Source: the human T2T-CHM13v2.0 reference genome, Homo sapiens. From it: DNA of 64,000 bases. Below, in pieces: positions 1 through 14,144 of this stretch. The position numbers and the translations under genes are program-made. Position 1 is the stretch's first letter. Each line of letters starts with the position of its first letter. The notes under the pieces were generated by a model that was not told where the DNA came from, made no database searches, and was given only the letters and a program-made list of their open reading frames with translations. The DNA is taken from the NCBI RefSeq assembly GCF_009914755.1, contig NC_060930.1. One strand, 5' to 3'.

Positions 1-19
1 CCTTTCTTTCTTTCTTTTT

Positions 20-55
<36 letters not shown>

Positions 56-366
56 TCCTTCTTTTTTTCTTTCTTTTTCTTTCTTCCTTCCTTCCTTTTT
101 CTTTTTCTTTCTTTCTCTTTCTCTTCCTTCCTTCCTTTTTCTTTTTCTTTCTTTCTCTTCCTTCCTTTTTCTTTCTTTCTTTCTCTCTTTCCTTTCTCTC
201 TCTCTTTTCCTTCTTTCTTTTCTTTTTTCTTCCTTCCTTTCTTTTTTCTTTCTTTCCCTTCCTTCCCTCCATCTCCTCCCTCCCTCCCTCCCTTCCTTCC
301 TTCCTCTTTCTTTCTCTCTTTCCCTCCCTCCCTCCCTCCCTTCCTTCCTTCCTTTCTTCCTTCTTT
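1..366. repeat. Polypyrimidine low-complexity tract (TTTC/TTCC/CCCT)n; expanded tail of the adjacent minus-strand Alu
   Basis: Almost pure C/T for 366 bp, running directly into the Alu 3' end. Confidence 0.95.
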
Positions 367-634
367 GACACAGAGTCTCACTCTGTTGCCCAGGCTGGAA
401 TGCAGTGGCACAACCTCTGCCTCCCAGGTTCAAGCCATTCTCCTGCCTCAGCCTCCCCAGTAGCTGGGATTACAGGTGCCTGCCACTACACCTGGCTAAT
501 TTTTTTGTATTTTTGGTAGAGACACGGTTTCACCATGTTGGCCAGGCTGGTTGTGAACTCCTGACCTCAAGTGATCTGCCCACCTCAGCCTCCTAAAGTG
601 GTGCAATTACAAGCGTGAGCCACCACACCCAGCC
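367..634 (-). mobile_element. Alu (AluS-type) with a small internal deletion
   Basis: gacacagagtctcactctgttgcccaggctgg...ccaccacacccagcc; the atctcggctcactgc segment is missing. Confidence 0.95.
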
Positions 635-639
635 CAAAC

Positions 640-790
640 ACATGATTTTCTGATGTATTGCCTCCAACTAAAGGACACACTTTATGGTAAAAGAGGTGTG
701 ACAATGACACACGACCATGGAATTCCACTGGTCCTACCATATATTGTATCAACTGGAGGAAATTGGCCTGATAGAACACTGACATTGTTT
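640..790 (+). mobile_element. ERVL/MaLR internal fragment (degenerate integrase core)
   Basis: Translates across stops and frameshifts as IASN*RTHFMVKEV*Q*.HDHGI.HWSYHI...GLIEH, resembling ERVL IASDQGTHFTAKEVxQWAHxHGIHWSYHxPxHPxAAGLIER. Confidence 0.7.
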
Positions 791-856
791 TGTGAACATC
801 AGCAAGTATCCTTTTCAGGAACAGTGCTCAGATAGGGTTGAGATGCCGTCACTCCT

Positions 857-857
<1 letters not shown>

Positions 858-901
<44 letters not shown>
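858..901. repeat. (AC)22 microsatellite
   Basis: Perfect dinucleotide run. Confidence 0.98.
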
Positions 902-903
<2 letters not shown>

Positions 904-1069
904 GGCCCTTGGGAAGTTTGGTGGCATTAACACCCCCAGGCAATGATCCACCAATGGGGAATGGGCACCTATGGATAAATGCCTTCCATTTCCTAGGAGC
1001 AATTTTTGGGAGGTGTTTTTATGTATTTTAGGATGTCCTAGATAATCAAGTCATGTGACTTGGGGGAGC

Positions 1070-1200
1070 GAGAAAGAGAAACCAGCAGTGGAGACTTAGA
1101 AGAAGCAGCTGTTGACATAGGATGGGTCCAGGAATGTACAGTCTTCTAAAAGCCAGGTGAAGACAATGTTTAAAGGAGGAAGGAGTGATCAACAATGTCA
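1070..1200 (-). mobile_element. L2 fragment
   Basis: accagcagtggagacttagaagaagcagc...aagccaggtgaagacaatgtttaaaggaggaaggagtgatcaac resembles antisense L2. Confidence 0.7.
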
Positions 1201-1249
1201 GTTCGTGTCAATTGGTGTTACTTAGTCATGTGTCTGTGAAGAATCATCT

Positions 1250-1500
1250 TGCATAGTTAAGTCTCAGGTTCTAGTGTCAGATTAAATTTAAATCCTTGCA
1301 CCACCCCTTGCTCTTTGAGTGTCTTTGTGCAAATTGCTTAAATTCTCTAAGTCTCAATCTCCCCATCTGTGAAATGGGAATGACAGTAGTACCTATGTGG
1401 TAAATTGTAGTGATGAGTAAGTGAAAGATGTTTAAAGATGGTTAAATGGTTAGCACAACACCTATTACCTGACAAACACTTAGTAAAAGTTAGCTATTAA
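1250..1500 (+). mobile_element. MIR SINE
   Basis: Core ttgcttaaattctctaagtctcaatctccccatctgtgaaatggga and 3' end agttagctatta. Confidence 0.85.
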
Positions 1501-1676
1501 TATTCTTATTAATATAGCCTACTATCATTAGAATAATCCATTTATATATAGTCATCAGTTGTCACTTTTCTAGCTCTTCCATAAGGAATAGGTTATATAG
1601 CATTTCCAAACTAGGAAGTTCATTGATAGATATATGGTTCCAGATGCACTGAGCAGAAAAACTAGTTAATTTGATT

Positions 1677-1890
1677 TTCATTAAATATCCATTTAATAAA
1701 TACTTATTGAGCACTTACTCTGCATGCTACTGGGTATTGTGGATATGTGGATGACAAGACAGACATGGATCCCTGCCCTCACAAAGCTCACAGCCTTGTG
1801 TGGTGGAGATAATTAATTACACAAGTAATTATAGTGTGATTTGTGTTGATAAGGGTATTAACTACAGGATGCAATGGGAGCTATAGGCTA
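1677..1890 (-). mobile_element. L2 3' end
   Basis: catttaataaatacttattgagcacttactctg...agacatggatccctgccctcacaaagctcaca. Confidence 0.8.
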
Positions 1891-2273
1891 TGCTAATGAG
1901 GCTGTGGTTATAGATTCAGTTCCCCTGTAGGTTGCTTGACTTCCAGGGCTATCAGTTTTTCTCTGCTGTCTCCTAAATGGATAGAGGTTCACAGAACTGG
2001 GCCACCTGGACACCAGCCATGACTCCTCTTCTTTCCCAGTACTGATAATTGGCATGGGGCAAAATTCTTCATAAAGAGGTAGCATGTGTAATGAGATGGA
2101 GAAATATTTTGCTCGTTTAACACCTGGCTTTTGAATCCCTTTTTGGTCAAAGTTTCTGTGTTTTGTTTTCTTTTTGTAAGAAGTAATTCGATTAGCCTCT
2201 TAGAAGATTATTCTTAAACTGCCTTCCATGGAGGGTTAGTCTTATTAACATGAAGTTCTTTTTATTTCCAGAA

Positions 2274-2893
<620 letters not shown>

Positions 2894-2965
2894 GAATTTT
2901 AGAGCACTTTAATTCTTGTTCACCACTTGGAAGGTGATGAAGTTTAAAGTGCTAGAGAAAATCCA

Positions 2966-3409
<444 letters not shown>

Positions 3410-4156
3410 TTAAGTTGTTTTATGGAGGCTGTGATTTATAATTCCACCACTTCATATTCTTAAAAAGCTTCAGTAAATCTGCATTGTTCATTAATGCCCT
3501 GCATAGGTGCATTATTTCAGATGAATTTAAAGAAGGCTAAATTCTGTGGCCAGGTGGGTGTGGAGTAAAAATAAAGATGGCTCCCAGGGATGTAGGAGCA
3601 AGTGGGTGGGAACTGCTAAAGCTTGTTTTTACGTAAGATAAGCATTTAACTTCCTCCACTCCTCTACTGTGAAGTCTTGAAGGGTTTATGTCACTAATTG
3701 TTCAACCTAAATAAACATTTATTAGGCCTGTTCTCTACAGCTGCAATTAGAACTTTTGAGAACCAGCTGCATTTTGCAACTTTGTTCTTTCTTGACTTCT
3801 GTACTGCTGCACTGACTGGTTCTCCTACCTCACTGTTCCTTGTCCTGTCCTCAAAATGTTCATGTTTCAGTCTCTGTTTTCCTGATCTTTTGTATAAACT
3901 CCTCTTCAGGAAATCAATTTAATTTAAGATTACGGACTTGTCCTCTATATCTGTGTAATTAACTGCTCACCTATGCTTTATTCTCATTTTTCAAACTGCT
4001 TGTTAGCGACATTGGATGCAGTGATATAACCCTGTAGTCATCCTAAGTGTGAACTCAGTTTCTTTCACAAATCAGTATTTTCCCTCCTCCTTTCTTTTCC
4101 TTTCAATAAAACTCTAATTATTTGTTATCACTATTTCTTTTTCTCCGTCCTTTCTA

Positions 4157-4495
4157 GAGGTTGAGTATCTCTTATGTGAAATGTATGGGACCAGAAGTGT
4201 TTCACAGATTTTAGATTTTTTAAAAATTTTGGAATATTTGCATATACATAATAAGATATCTTGAGGCTGGGGCCCAAGTCTAAACACAAAATTCATTTAT
4301 GCCTTATAAATACCTTATACACATAGCCTGAAGGTAATTTTAAACAATATTTTTAATAGCTTTGTACATGAAACGAAGTTTGTGTTAAGTACTTATGTGT
4401 GGAATTTCCCACTTGTGATATTATGTCAGTGCTCAAAAGTTTTGGATTTTGGAGCATTTCAGATTTCAGATTTTCAGATTAGGGATGTTTAATTG
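4157..4495. mobile_element. Tigger4b/MER46B-like TcMar-Tigger element
   Basis: Degenerate TIRs gaggttgagtatctc...agggatgtttaattg with TA on both flanks; internal gggaccagaagtgtttc. Confidence 0.85.
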
Positions 4496-4646
4496 TATTA
4501 GTTTACTTTGGTCCGTCTTGTGTATATAAGTAACTGTATTAGCTTTCTATTGCTGCTATAACAAATTACCACAAGCTTAGTGGCTTGAAGACCACACAGT
4601 TTTTTTATTTTACAGTTCTATAGGACAGAATTTCAAAGTGGGTTTT

Positions 4647-4810
4647 GGGTGGGTACAGTGGCTCATGCCTATAATCGTAGAGCTTTGGGAGGCTGAGGTG
4701 GGAGGATAGCTTGAGGACAATAGTTTGAGATCAGCCTGAGTAGCATAGAGAGTAGAGTAGAGTAACATCTCTACTAAATACATACATACATACATTACAT
4801 ACAAACATAA
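4647..4810 (+). mobile_element. Alu monomer (FLAM-like) with (TACA)n tail
   Basis: Single arm gggtacagtggctcatgcctataatc...gggaggatagcttgagg followed by the tail. Confidence 0.85.
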
Positions 4811-4859
4811 TGAGCCTCACTGGGATGTAATCAAATGGTCAACAGTGCTGCATTCCTTT

Positions 4860-5469
4860 TGAAGCGGCTATGTTGTCTGGGGTATATACCTGGGGTTCGT
4901 AGTCTTGCACCAGGAAAACTTAGGACACAGACACACATGAAGAGTTTAGGGGTGGAGGCTTAATAGGCAGAAGAAAAGAGAAAGAAAAACAGCTCTCTCT
5001 ATAGAGAGGGGTCTTCTGAGCAGAAAAGACCAGCTGGCAGTGAATGTGCCAGATTTTATAGTCCCGTTTGAGGAGGTGGTGTCTGATTTAGTGGGGCTTA
5101 CAGATTGGTTCAATCAGGTATGATGTTTACATAGCACAAGGGGAAGACTGGTTGCCCCACCGTAATCTTATGCAAATGAACTCTCCCCTTGGCCAGTGCC
5201 ATCTTGTCTGCTCCTTACTGTACACGTAAGGTAGAGAAGGGTAGATGGAGCCGCCATCTTGAACATGGTACTAGTCCCTAGTTCCTGCCGTCATTCACCC
5301 AGGGACGCTCCCAGCTTGCTTATCTATTCTGTGTCTATGGCTTGACTTTACAGGCTGCTCTTTGCTAGGAAATGATTTGGGGCTGCTTTTCATTAAAAAG
5401 AAAAGCCTTACTGAGGATTCCCATACCTTTACTATCTGCCTAAGTGATATCTTCTTAACTCCTATATCA
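4860..5469 (-). mobile_element. ERV1 solo LTR, LTR9-family-like
   Basis: TG...CA ends (minus strand tgatataggagttaagaag...gccgcttca); 4-bp TSD cttt at 4856-4859 and 5470-5473. Confidence 0.8.
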
Positions 5470-5694
5470 CTTTCTAGGGGCTCTAGGGGAGAGTTCATAT
5501 TCTTTCTTTCTCCATCTTCTAGAGGTTATCCCTATTCCTTGGCTTGTTGTCCCCTTCCATTTTCAAAGCCAGCAAAGCCATTTGAGTCTTTCTCACATGG
5601 CTTCAGTGTGTACTGACTCTTCCGCCTCCTCTTATACATTTTAAAGATCCTTGTGATTACACTGGGCTCACTCAGATAATCCAGGATAATCTCC

Positions 5695-7351
5695 TTTTTT
5701 TTTTTTTTTTATTATACTTTAAGTTCTAGGGTACATGTGCACAACGTGCAGGTTTGTTACATAGGTATACATGTGCCCTGTTGGTTTGCCGCACCCATTA
5801 ACTCGTCATTTACATTAGGTATTTCTCCTAATGCTCCCCCTCCCCAATCCCCCACCCCAGGACAGGCCCCAGTGTGTGATGTTCCTAGCCCTATGTCCAA
5901 GTGTTCTCATTGTTCAGTTCCCACCTATGAGTGAGAACATGTGGTGTTTGGTTTTCTGTCCTTGTGATGGTTTGTTCAGAATGATGGTTTCCAGCTTCAT
6001 CCATGTTGCTACAAAGGACATGAACTCATCCTTTTTTATGGCTGCATAGTATTCCATGGTATATATGTGCCACGTTTTCTTAATCCAGTCTATCATTGAT
6101 GGACATTTGGGTTGGTTTCAAGTATTTGCTATTGTGAATAGTGCTGCAATAAACATATGTGTGCATGTGTCTTTATAGTAGCATAATTTATAATCCTTTG
6201 GGTATATACCCAGTAATGGGATTGCTGGGTTAAATGGTATTTCTAGTTCTAGATCCCTGAGGAATCGCCACACTGACTTCCACAATGGTTGAACTAGTTT
6301 ACATTTCTTTTACATTTGCTGAGGAGTGCTTTACTTCCAACTATGTGGTCAATTTTGGAATAAGTGCAATGTGTTGCTGAGAAGAATTTATATTCTGTTG
6401 ATTTGGGGTGGAGAGTTCTGTAGATGTCTATTAGGTCTGCTTGGTGCAGAGCTGAGTTCAATTCCTGGATATCCTTGTTAACTTTCTGTCTCGTTGATCT
6501 GCCTAATGTTGACAGTGGGGTGTTAAAATCTCCCATTATTATAGTGTGGTAATCTAAGTCTCTTTTTAGGTCTCTCAGGACTTGCTTTATGAATCTGGGT
6601 GCTCCTGTATTGGGTGCATATATATTTAGGATAGTTAGCTCTTGTTGAATTGATCCCTTTACCATTATGTAATGCCCTTCTTTGTCTCTTTTGATCTTTG
6701 TTGGTTTAAAGTCTGTTTTATCAGAGACTAGGATTGCAACTCCTGCTTTTTTTTGCTTTCCATTCACTTGGTAGATTTTCCTCCATCCCTTTATTTTGAG
6801 CCTATGTGTGTCTCTGCATGTGATATGGGTCTCCTGAATACAGCACACTGATGGGTCTTGACTTTTTAATCCAATATGCCAGTCTATGTCTTTTAATTGG
6901 GGCATTTAGCCCATTTACATTTAAGGTTAATATTGTTATGTGTGAATTTGATCCTGTCATTATGATGTTAGCTGGTTATTTTGCCCATTAGTTGATGCAG
7001 TTTCTTCCTAGCATCGATGGGCTTTACAATCTGGCATGTTTTTGCAGTGGCTGGTACCAATTATTCCTTTCCATGTTTAGTGCTTCCTTCAGGAGCTCTT
7101 GTAAGGCAGGCCTGGTGGTGACAAAATCTCTCAGCATTTGCTTGTCTGTAAAGGATTTTATTTCTTCTTTACTTATGAAGCTTAGTTTGGCTAGATATGA
7201 AATTCTGGGTTGAAAATTCTTTTCTTCAAGAATGTTGAATATTGGACCCCACTCTCTTCTGGCTTGTAGGGTTTCTGCCGAGAGATCAGCTGTTAGTCTG
7301 ATGGGCTTCCCTTTGTGTGTAACCCAACCTTTCTCTCTGGCTGCTGTTAGT
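5695..7351 (-). mobile_element. L1PA (approx. PA6-7), 5'-truncated within ORF1 and internally deleted
   Basis: polyT, 3'UTR and ORF2 C-terminus (5695-6302) fused to the EN region and ORF1 end (6303-7344); TSD gataatctcctttt at 5685 and 7352; TT/AAAA site. Confidence 0.95.
6294..6960 (-). pseudogene. L1 ORF2 endonuclease domain, frameshifted near the N-terminus and ending before the SDH motif
   Basis: CCIQETH, GVAIL, NIYAPN, GDFN and SKIDH motifs in the 203-aa ORF; native ATG (MTGSNSHITIL) at 6960 is in another frame. Confidence 0.9.
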
Positions 7352-7379
7352 GATAATCTCCTTTTTTTTAAGGTCAGTT

Positions 7380-8040
7380 TGTTCCGGGACCAAACCCAGG
7401 GCTGGGCTGCTTATTCCTGTGGGCCAGTAATGGGATGCAGATGAACTGGGAAAGACGGGAGTTTATTCCTGCAACCAGGTACAGGGAGAAGGCCTGTAAA
7501 AATATCACCAAACTCAAAATTATAAAGTTTTCCAGAGCTTATATACCTTCTAAGCTATATGTATACGTGTAAGTGTACATTCATCTAAAGTGATAAGTGA
7601 TTAACTTCTTCTAATCTGTAACTAAGATCTGAGTTCAGAAGACCTTCCTCTGGAGCCTCAGTACACTTACCTAATCTAAATGGGTCCAGGTGCTGGGATG
7701 ATTCCCTTATCTTCTCCCCTGCCAAATCATGGAGGTGTGGGGAGTTCCTTCAGACCCAATAAACTTGTTTGCAGAGGCCTGGGGAATTTCTTCAGACCCC
7801 CAGTAAAAGTTGTTTAATCTTAAACGGGTCATGTTAAGAATTCCCTCATTATCTCGTCATGCTTTAAGGCCCAGGAGAGGCCTAGGCAAAATTCTTGATG
7901 GGCTTTTGTTACATTCCAGCCTTTGTATAAGGGCACTGGCTGTCTCAGCTTTTAATATTTAACTTCATCACTCAGTCAGTGCTGAAACAGTTGTTGTGGA
8001 GCCCTGCCTGTTCAGCCTTTATGAAGACCTGGCCTGCAGA
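7380..8040 (-). mobile_element. ERV1 solo LTR, PABL-like
   Basis: ~660 bp resembling recalled PABL_A (acaactgtttcagcactgactgag...tttggtcccggaaca on the minus strand); 4-bp TSD agtt at 7376-7379 and 8041-8044. Confidence 0.8.
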
Positions 8041-8269
8041 AGTTGATTGAAGCCCATCCATACATTTTGAGGCCCCGTTCCATTGGAGATCTCTGAGTTA
8101 TCTCCCTTAAAGGGTGAGGAAGCTTGGAGATTTATCCTCCACCTCCTCCCGTTGAATGAGGACTTTTTGTAAGTCTGTTAACTCCCCAACAGTTTATTTC
8201 TACCCTTCCCCATGCCAGTAAGCAAATCTAGGAGAAAGCACCCAGGCAGAGGGTAAGTAGGATACCAAG

Positions 8270-9120
<851 letters not shown>

Positions 9121-9269
9121 CTACTATGGTCATGTACTGGCATGGTGAGTGCCAAGACAAGTGAGACTCCTACAGCATCCACTACTTTTCACTTTCTTCC
9201 ATTCTATAGATTGCTGCTGGGTAGGTATTGATATTTTTACAATATTTCTTTTACCATAGTTTTACCATG

Positions 9270-9805
9270 TGTATTAGTTTCCTTTAGTGCAAAACAAGTT
9301 ACTGCAAACTTAGCAGCTTAAAACAACACCTATTTATGAGCTCATAGTTTTGTAGATGAGAAGTCTGGGTATGGGTTGACTGGATTCTCTGCTCTGGGTC
9401 CCATAAAACCAGAATCAAGGTGTTGATTAGGACTGTCGTCTTATCTAGAGCTGAAAGTCTTTCTTCAAGCTCATTCAGGTTGTTAGCCAAATCCAATTCT
9501 TTGCACTTATTGGACTGAAGTCCCTGTTTCCTTGCTGGCTGTCAGCTGACGGGCCTCTCTCCGCTTCTGGAGGCTGCCTGTGATTCTTAGCCAACTGGTT
9601 CACTCCATGTACAAAGTCAGGTGTGTCAAAACCTTCTTGTGTTTCAAAACCCTGATTTTCTCTGTCTCTGACTGCTAGACCCAAATCTAAAGGGCTCATG
9701 AGATTAAGTTATGTCTAAAAGGATAATCTCTCTTTTGATTAAGTCAGATCAACTGATTAGTAACCTTAATGATGTTGGAAAAATCCCTTTTGCCATATGA
9801 TATCA
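9270..9805 (-). mobile_element. MLT1E-like MaLR LTR
   Basis: tgtattagtttcct...caaacttagcagcttaaaacaacac...aagctcattcaggttgtt. Confidence 0.85.
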
Positions 9806-10092
9806 CATTTTAAACTCAGATTATTTCAAGAGTCATTCACGTTTTTGCATTCATCAATAAAGCATTTATTGTTATTGCTGAAGTAAAATTCCATTTCATG
9901 AAATATTATTTATCATTTCACTGTTAATGAAAATTTAGGCCATTTCCAGGTTTTGGCTGTTACTTGTCAGGATGCTGTTGAGCATTCATGTTACAAGTGT
10001 TTGTGTGGACCTATGTTGCCATTTCTCTTGGGTAAATATTAATACCTAGAAGTGGACTAGTTTTGTCACATAGCTGTGTATTTAACTTTTTA

Positions 10093-10447
<355 letters not shown>

Positions 10448-11077
10448 TTACATTCCCAACAGCAGTAGATGAGAATTCTGTTCACTTCCCATCCTAGCCA
10501 GAAGACTGGTCCAGTCTTTTTCATTTTAGCCATTTTAAAAGGCTTAGTAGTATCACACTGTGGTTTTAATTTGCAATTCTATAATGTCTAATAATATTAA
10601 ATACTTCTCATATGCTTATTGACTTATTGAGCGTCTTTTCATATGCTTTATTGAGTTCTGTAGATCTTCTTTGGTGAGGCATTTATTCACATTTTTTGCC
10701 CATTAAAAAAAATTTTTTTTAACCTTTAAAATTTTTTCAACTGTTTTATTTCTTTTTAAAAATTTTCTATAGTTAGGATGTAAAACCTAATGTTTTCATA
10801 TACATTTACATAGTGAAATGATTACTACAGTCATGCAAATTAACATATTTGTAACCTCCCATAGTAAGCTTTTCTTATTATCACATTTTGAGAATTCTTT
10901 ATATATTCTAGATCCAAGCCATTTTATGAGAAATGCAGCTTGCAAATATTTTACCCCATGCTGATGCTTGTTTTATCATTCTTTTCATGATTTCTTTTGA
11001 AGAGAAGTTCTTAATTTTGTTGTGTATAATATTAATTAATTTATTTTTGATGGATTGTGCTTTTTGTGTCATAGCTA

Positions 11078-11157
11078 TTAGGTTGGGGCAAAAGTAATTG
11101 TGGTTTTGGCCATTAGTTTCCATGGGAAAAACTGCAATTACTTTTGCAGAAACCTAA
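11078..11157. mobile_element. MADE1 (Hsmar1-derived MITE)
   Basis: 80-bp near-palindrome ttaggttggggcaaaagtaattg...caattacttttgcagaaacctaa with TA TSD. Confidence 0.92.
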
Positions 11158-13195
11158 TAATGTATCTTTGCCTCAGTGTCACAAAGATATTTCCTATTTT
11201 ACTTTAGAGGTTTTCAGTTTTAGGTTCTACATCTAGGTCTGTGATCCATTTTGAGTTAATTTTCACATATATTTTGAGGTCTTTAGTTCATCTTTGTTTT
11301 TGAAAGTTGTTTTCACTGGATTTTAACTTCTAGGATGATGGATGTTTTTCTTTCAATACTTTTGTGATGTTGCTGCACTCTCCTTGCTTGCATTGTTTCC
11401 AATGAGAAATCTGCTTCTCGGGACACACTAAAGATGAAAATTACTCTTTTGGAGTTTTGTTGTTGTTCATCTATATTCTGGACACAGATTGTGACCATTT
11501 ACCAACTGGAAGTACATTATTTTAAAACAAGTGAAATGTAAATTCCTGTCTAAAAGTGATTGATATTTCCAGAGGAATTCAATAGATATGGTCTTCCAGA
11601 TATATAAATAACTTTCAATTTTTGTTATAGTGGTTGATCCAGGACAATGTATCATAAATTCTAGAAGCTTCATGTTGGTGTCCTAGGAGACAATATTGCA
11701 GCAGAGGTTAGATAGCCACTCTGCATCTTTGGAATAAAACAATTGCTACTTAGCAGAACCCAGGGTTAGACAAATCAGTCTTGTACCTATTTGAAAGGAA
11801 GAAGTATTAAAAGAAAATAAATCTTTATCAACAAATTTCATCTCAAATGCTATTATGGAAATGCAAGTTTCAATTCATTTATATAATTGAATAAAGTAAA
11901 ATTTATAGTTGTTTTCAAAGCTTTCATTTGGCTATAACATATGTTAAATTTTTTATTTTAGATCTTTTAAAAATTGACTTAGTAATCAATAAATTAAAAT
12001 ATTTTATTATAATATTAGTCTGATATGTGGAAATCATACTAATTTTTGGTGAGTTGTAATTGCAGTTAAAGGCAGTTTGCTACATTTAATACTAGAAAGT
12101 ATGCAAAAATCTAAAATCAACATGTGAAATGCATTCTATTGTTTTTGCAAAGAAATTAATAGCATAACATATACCTACATTAAATATACATAACATATAA
12201 ATAAATATATGAAATAATATTTATATAATCGATATAAAAACTGCTTTCAAAATATATTGTATTTTTGCATTTTAAAGAAACAAAGAGTCAAAGAACTTGT
12301 AAAGAATTTGTTCAATTTCTGTTTATAGCTAATACTGGACTAATTCATGACAGAAAGATAGGTGGAAATAATTATTTCTGTGTCCTCTGTACGCCAGAAG
12401 AAAAGTTTCTATAGTTGAATAAATACAATTAAATGAAGTCCAAAGAGGTATATGTTGCAGCTATTTCTTTTAATCTTTTAAGATATTTGAATGTAATATT
12501 TAAAGACATAATTACTTCTTTAAGCTTTAAGGCTAAAGTTCTTAAACAGAAAGACAATAATCAATGACCAGAAAAGCAATCCAAAAAACCATAATGATAA
12601 ATGCGTAACTCTAGATGAATATTAGTTCACTTTTTCATGAGTCACTTATGTTACTAATGACTTAGCAATCCTAGTTTACTTTATTGTATTATTATGCGTG
12701 CTAAGATTCTTGTTATTTCTGTACAGAGAAAGAGGAAAATACAAGAATTTTCTTTGTATTTTCTGAGAATGAGGTTTGATGTGATGAAGGTTTTTCATGG
12801 CTTTTTGAATTAGTTTTTTAAAAAAACTTTTGTCTTATAAGAAATTTGTACTCAGCTTATGTTTATTATGAATTGTTTCTTCTTTGAGTCATGTTTATTA
12901 CATCTTTGAATTGCCAATATGATTATCCCGTATCATAAAAATATACTGTCTTTCTTTTGGAGTTGTTACTGAGTTATTGTTCATTTCAAAGGTATAATCA
13001 AGTTCTTAAATTGCTAATATGACTATTGAGTTTAAACAGTCTTGTCTCTTTTCTCAATAATCCTTTTACCAACTCCTTTCCCCACCTCTGAAGTTCTTTG
13101 AATCAATTTTCATCACAACAAAATAATTTGTGACCATGGTTCAGTTGCCTTTAGTTTGCTTTCATCACAATAGTCTTTCATAAAATAAGCTCTTT

Positions 13196-13262
13196 TGTGT
13201 GTATGTATATATATATATATGTGTGTGTGTATGCACATACACACACACACACACACGTATAC
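13196..13262. repeat. Compound (TG)/(TA)/(CA) microsatellite
   Basis: Alternating purine-pyrimidine run. Confidence 0.9.
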
Positions 13263-13844
13263 TGTTTTTCTATTTGTACTCTGTGTGATTATTTTGATGT
13301 GATTTAGGTCTTAACAGTAATCTAACTTCTTTTAGAAATAGAATGGCCAGCTTTCATTCGTTTGGACATTTAGGATTATATAACTCATATGGAAAAGAAA
13401 TATTACTTTAGATGTCTTCTTATAACAATAGCCTATTGGATTCATCAGGGAGGAATAAAAGGCGGTCAGGAGCAGCATAGCTTGAGGAAAAATAATAGCA
13501 TTTTTGTTTCTTCCATCTTAGCGTGTCATGATGTAGAAAGAAGATGGTGTTATTTTTTACCCTTTAAAAAAACTTGTGTGGTCTTAAGTTGATAAAAATA
13601 ATGGAATAATAACAGTGTATTTTCCAGGCTTGTGACATAATAGGAGAAGTTTTAGATACACGTGTGGCAGCATAAATAGCTAAGGGACTGGGGAATGAGC
13701 CTGGCTGGCACCACTTAAACGTTAGACACAAGCTCTATTTCTAAGAGCATGCTGCTGAATATAACCTCTGTGAAGAATACCTGATTCTGGGAGGATAGAT
13801 GCTTCACTTTAACAAAAATTTTCATGTTATCTTAAAGGCCATTC

Positions 13845-14144
<300 letters not shown>

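Larger units (their letters stand above)
4535..8050 (-). mobile_element. MLT1C/D-like MaLR LTR broken by four later insertions (pieces ~4535-4646, 4811-4859, 5470-5694, 7352-7379, 8041-8050)
   Basis: tgtattagctttctattgctgctataacaaattaccac...; the pieces rejoin when the TSD-bounded inserts are removed. Confidence 0.85.

Noticed and set aside
792-1031. ORFs with THTH/CVCV runs
   Set aside because: Translation of the (AC)n microsatellite
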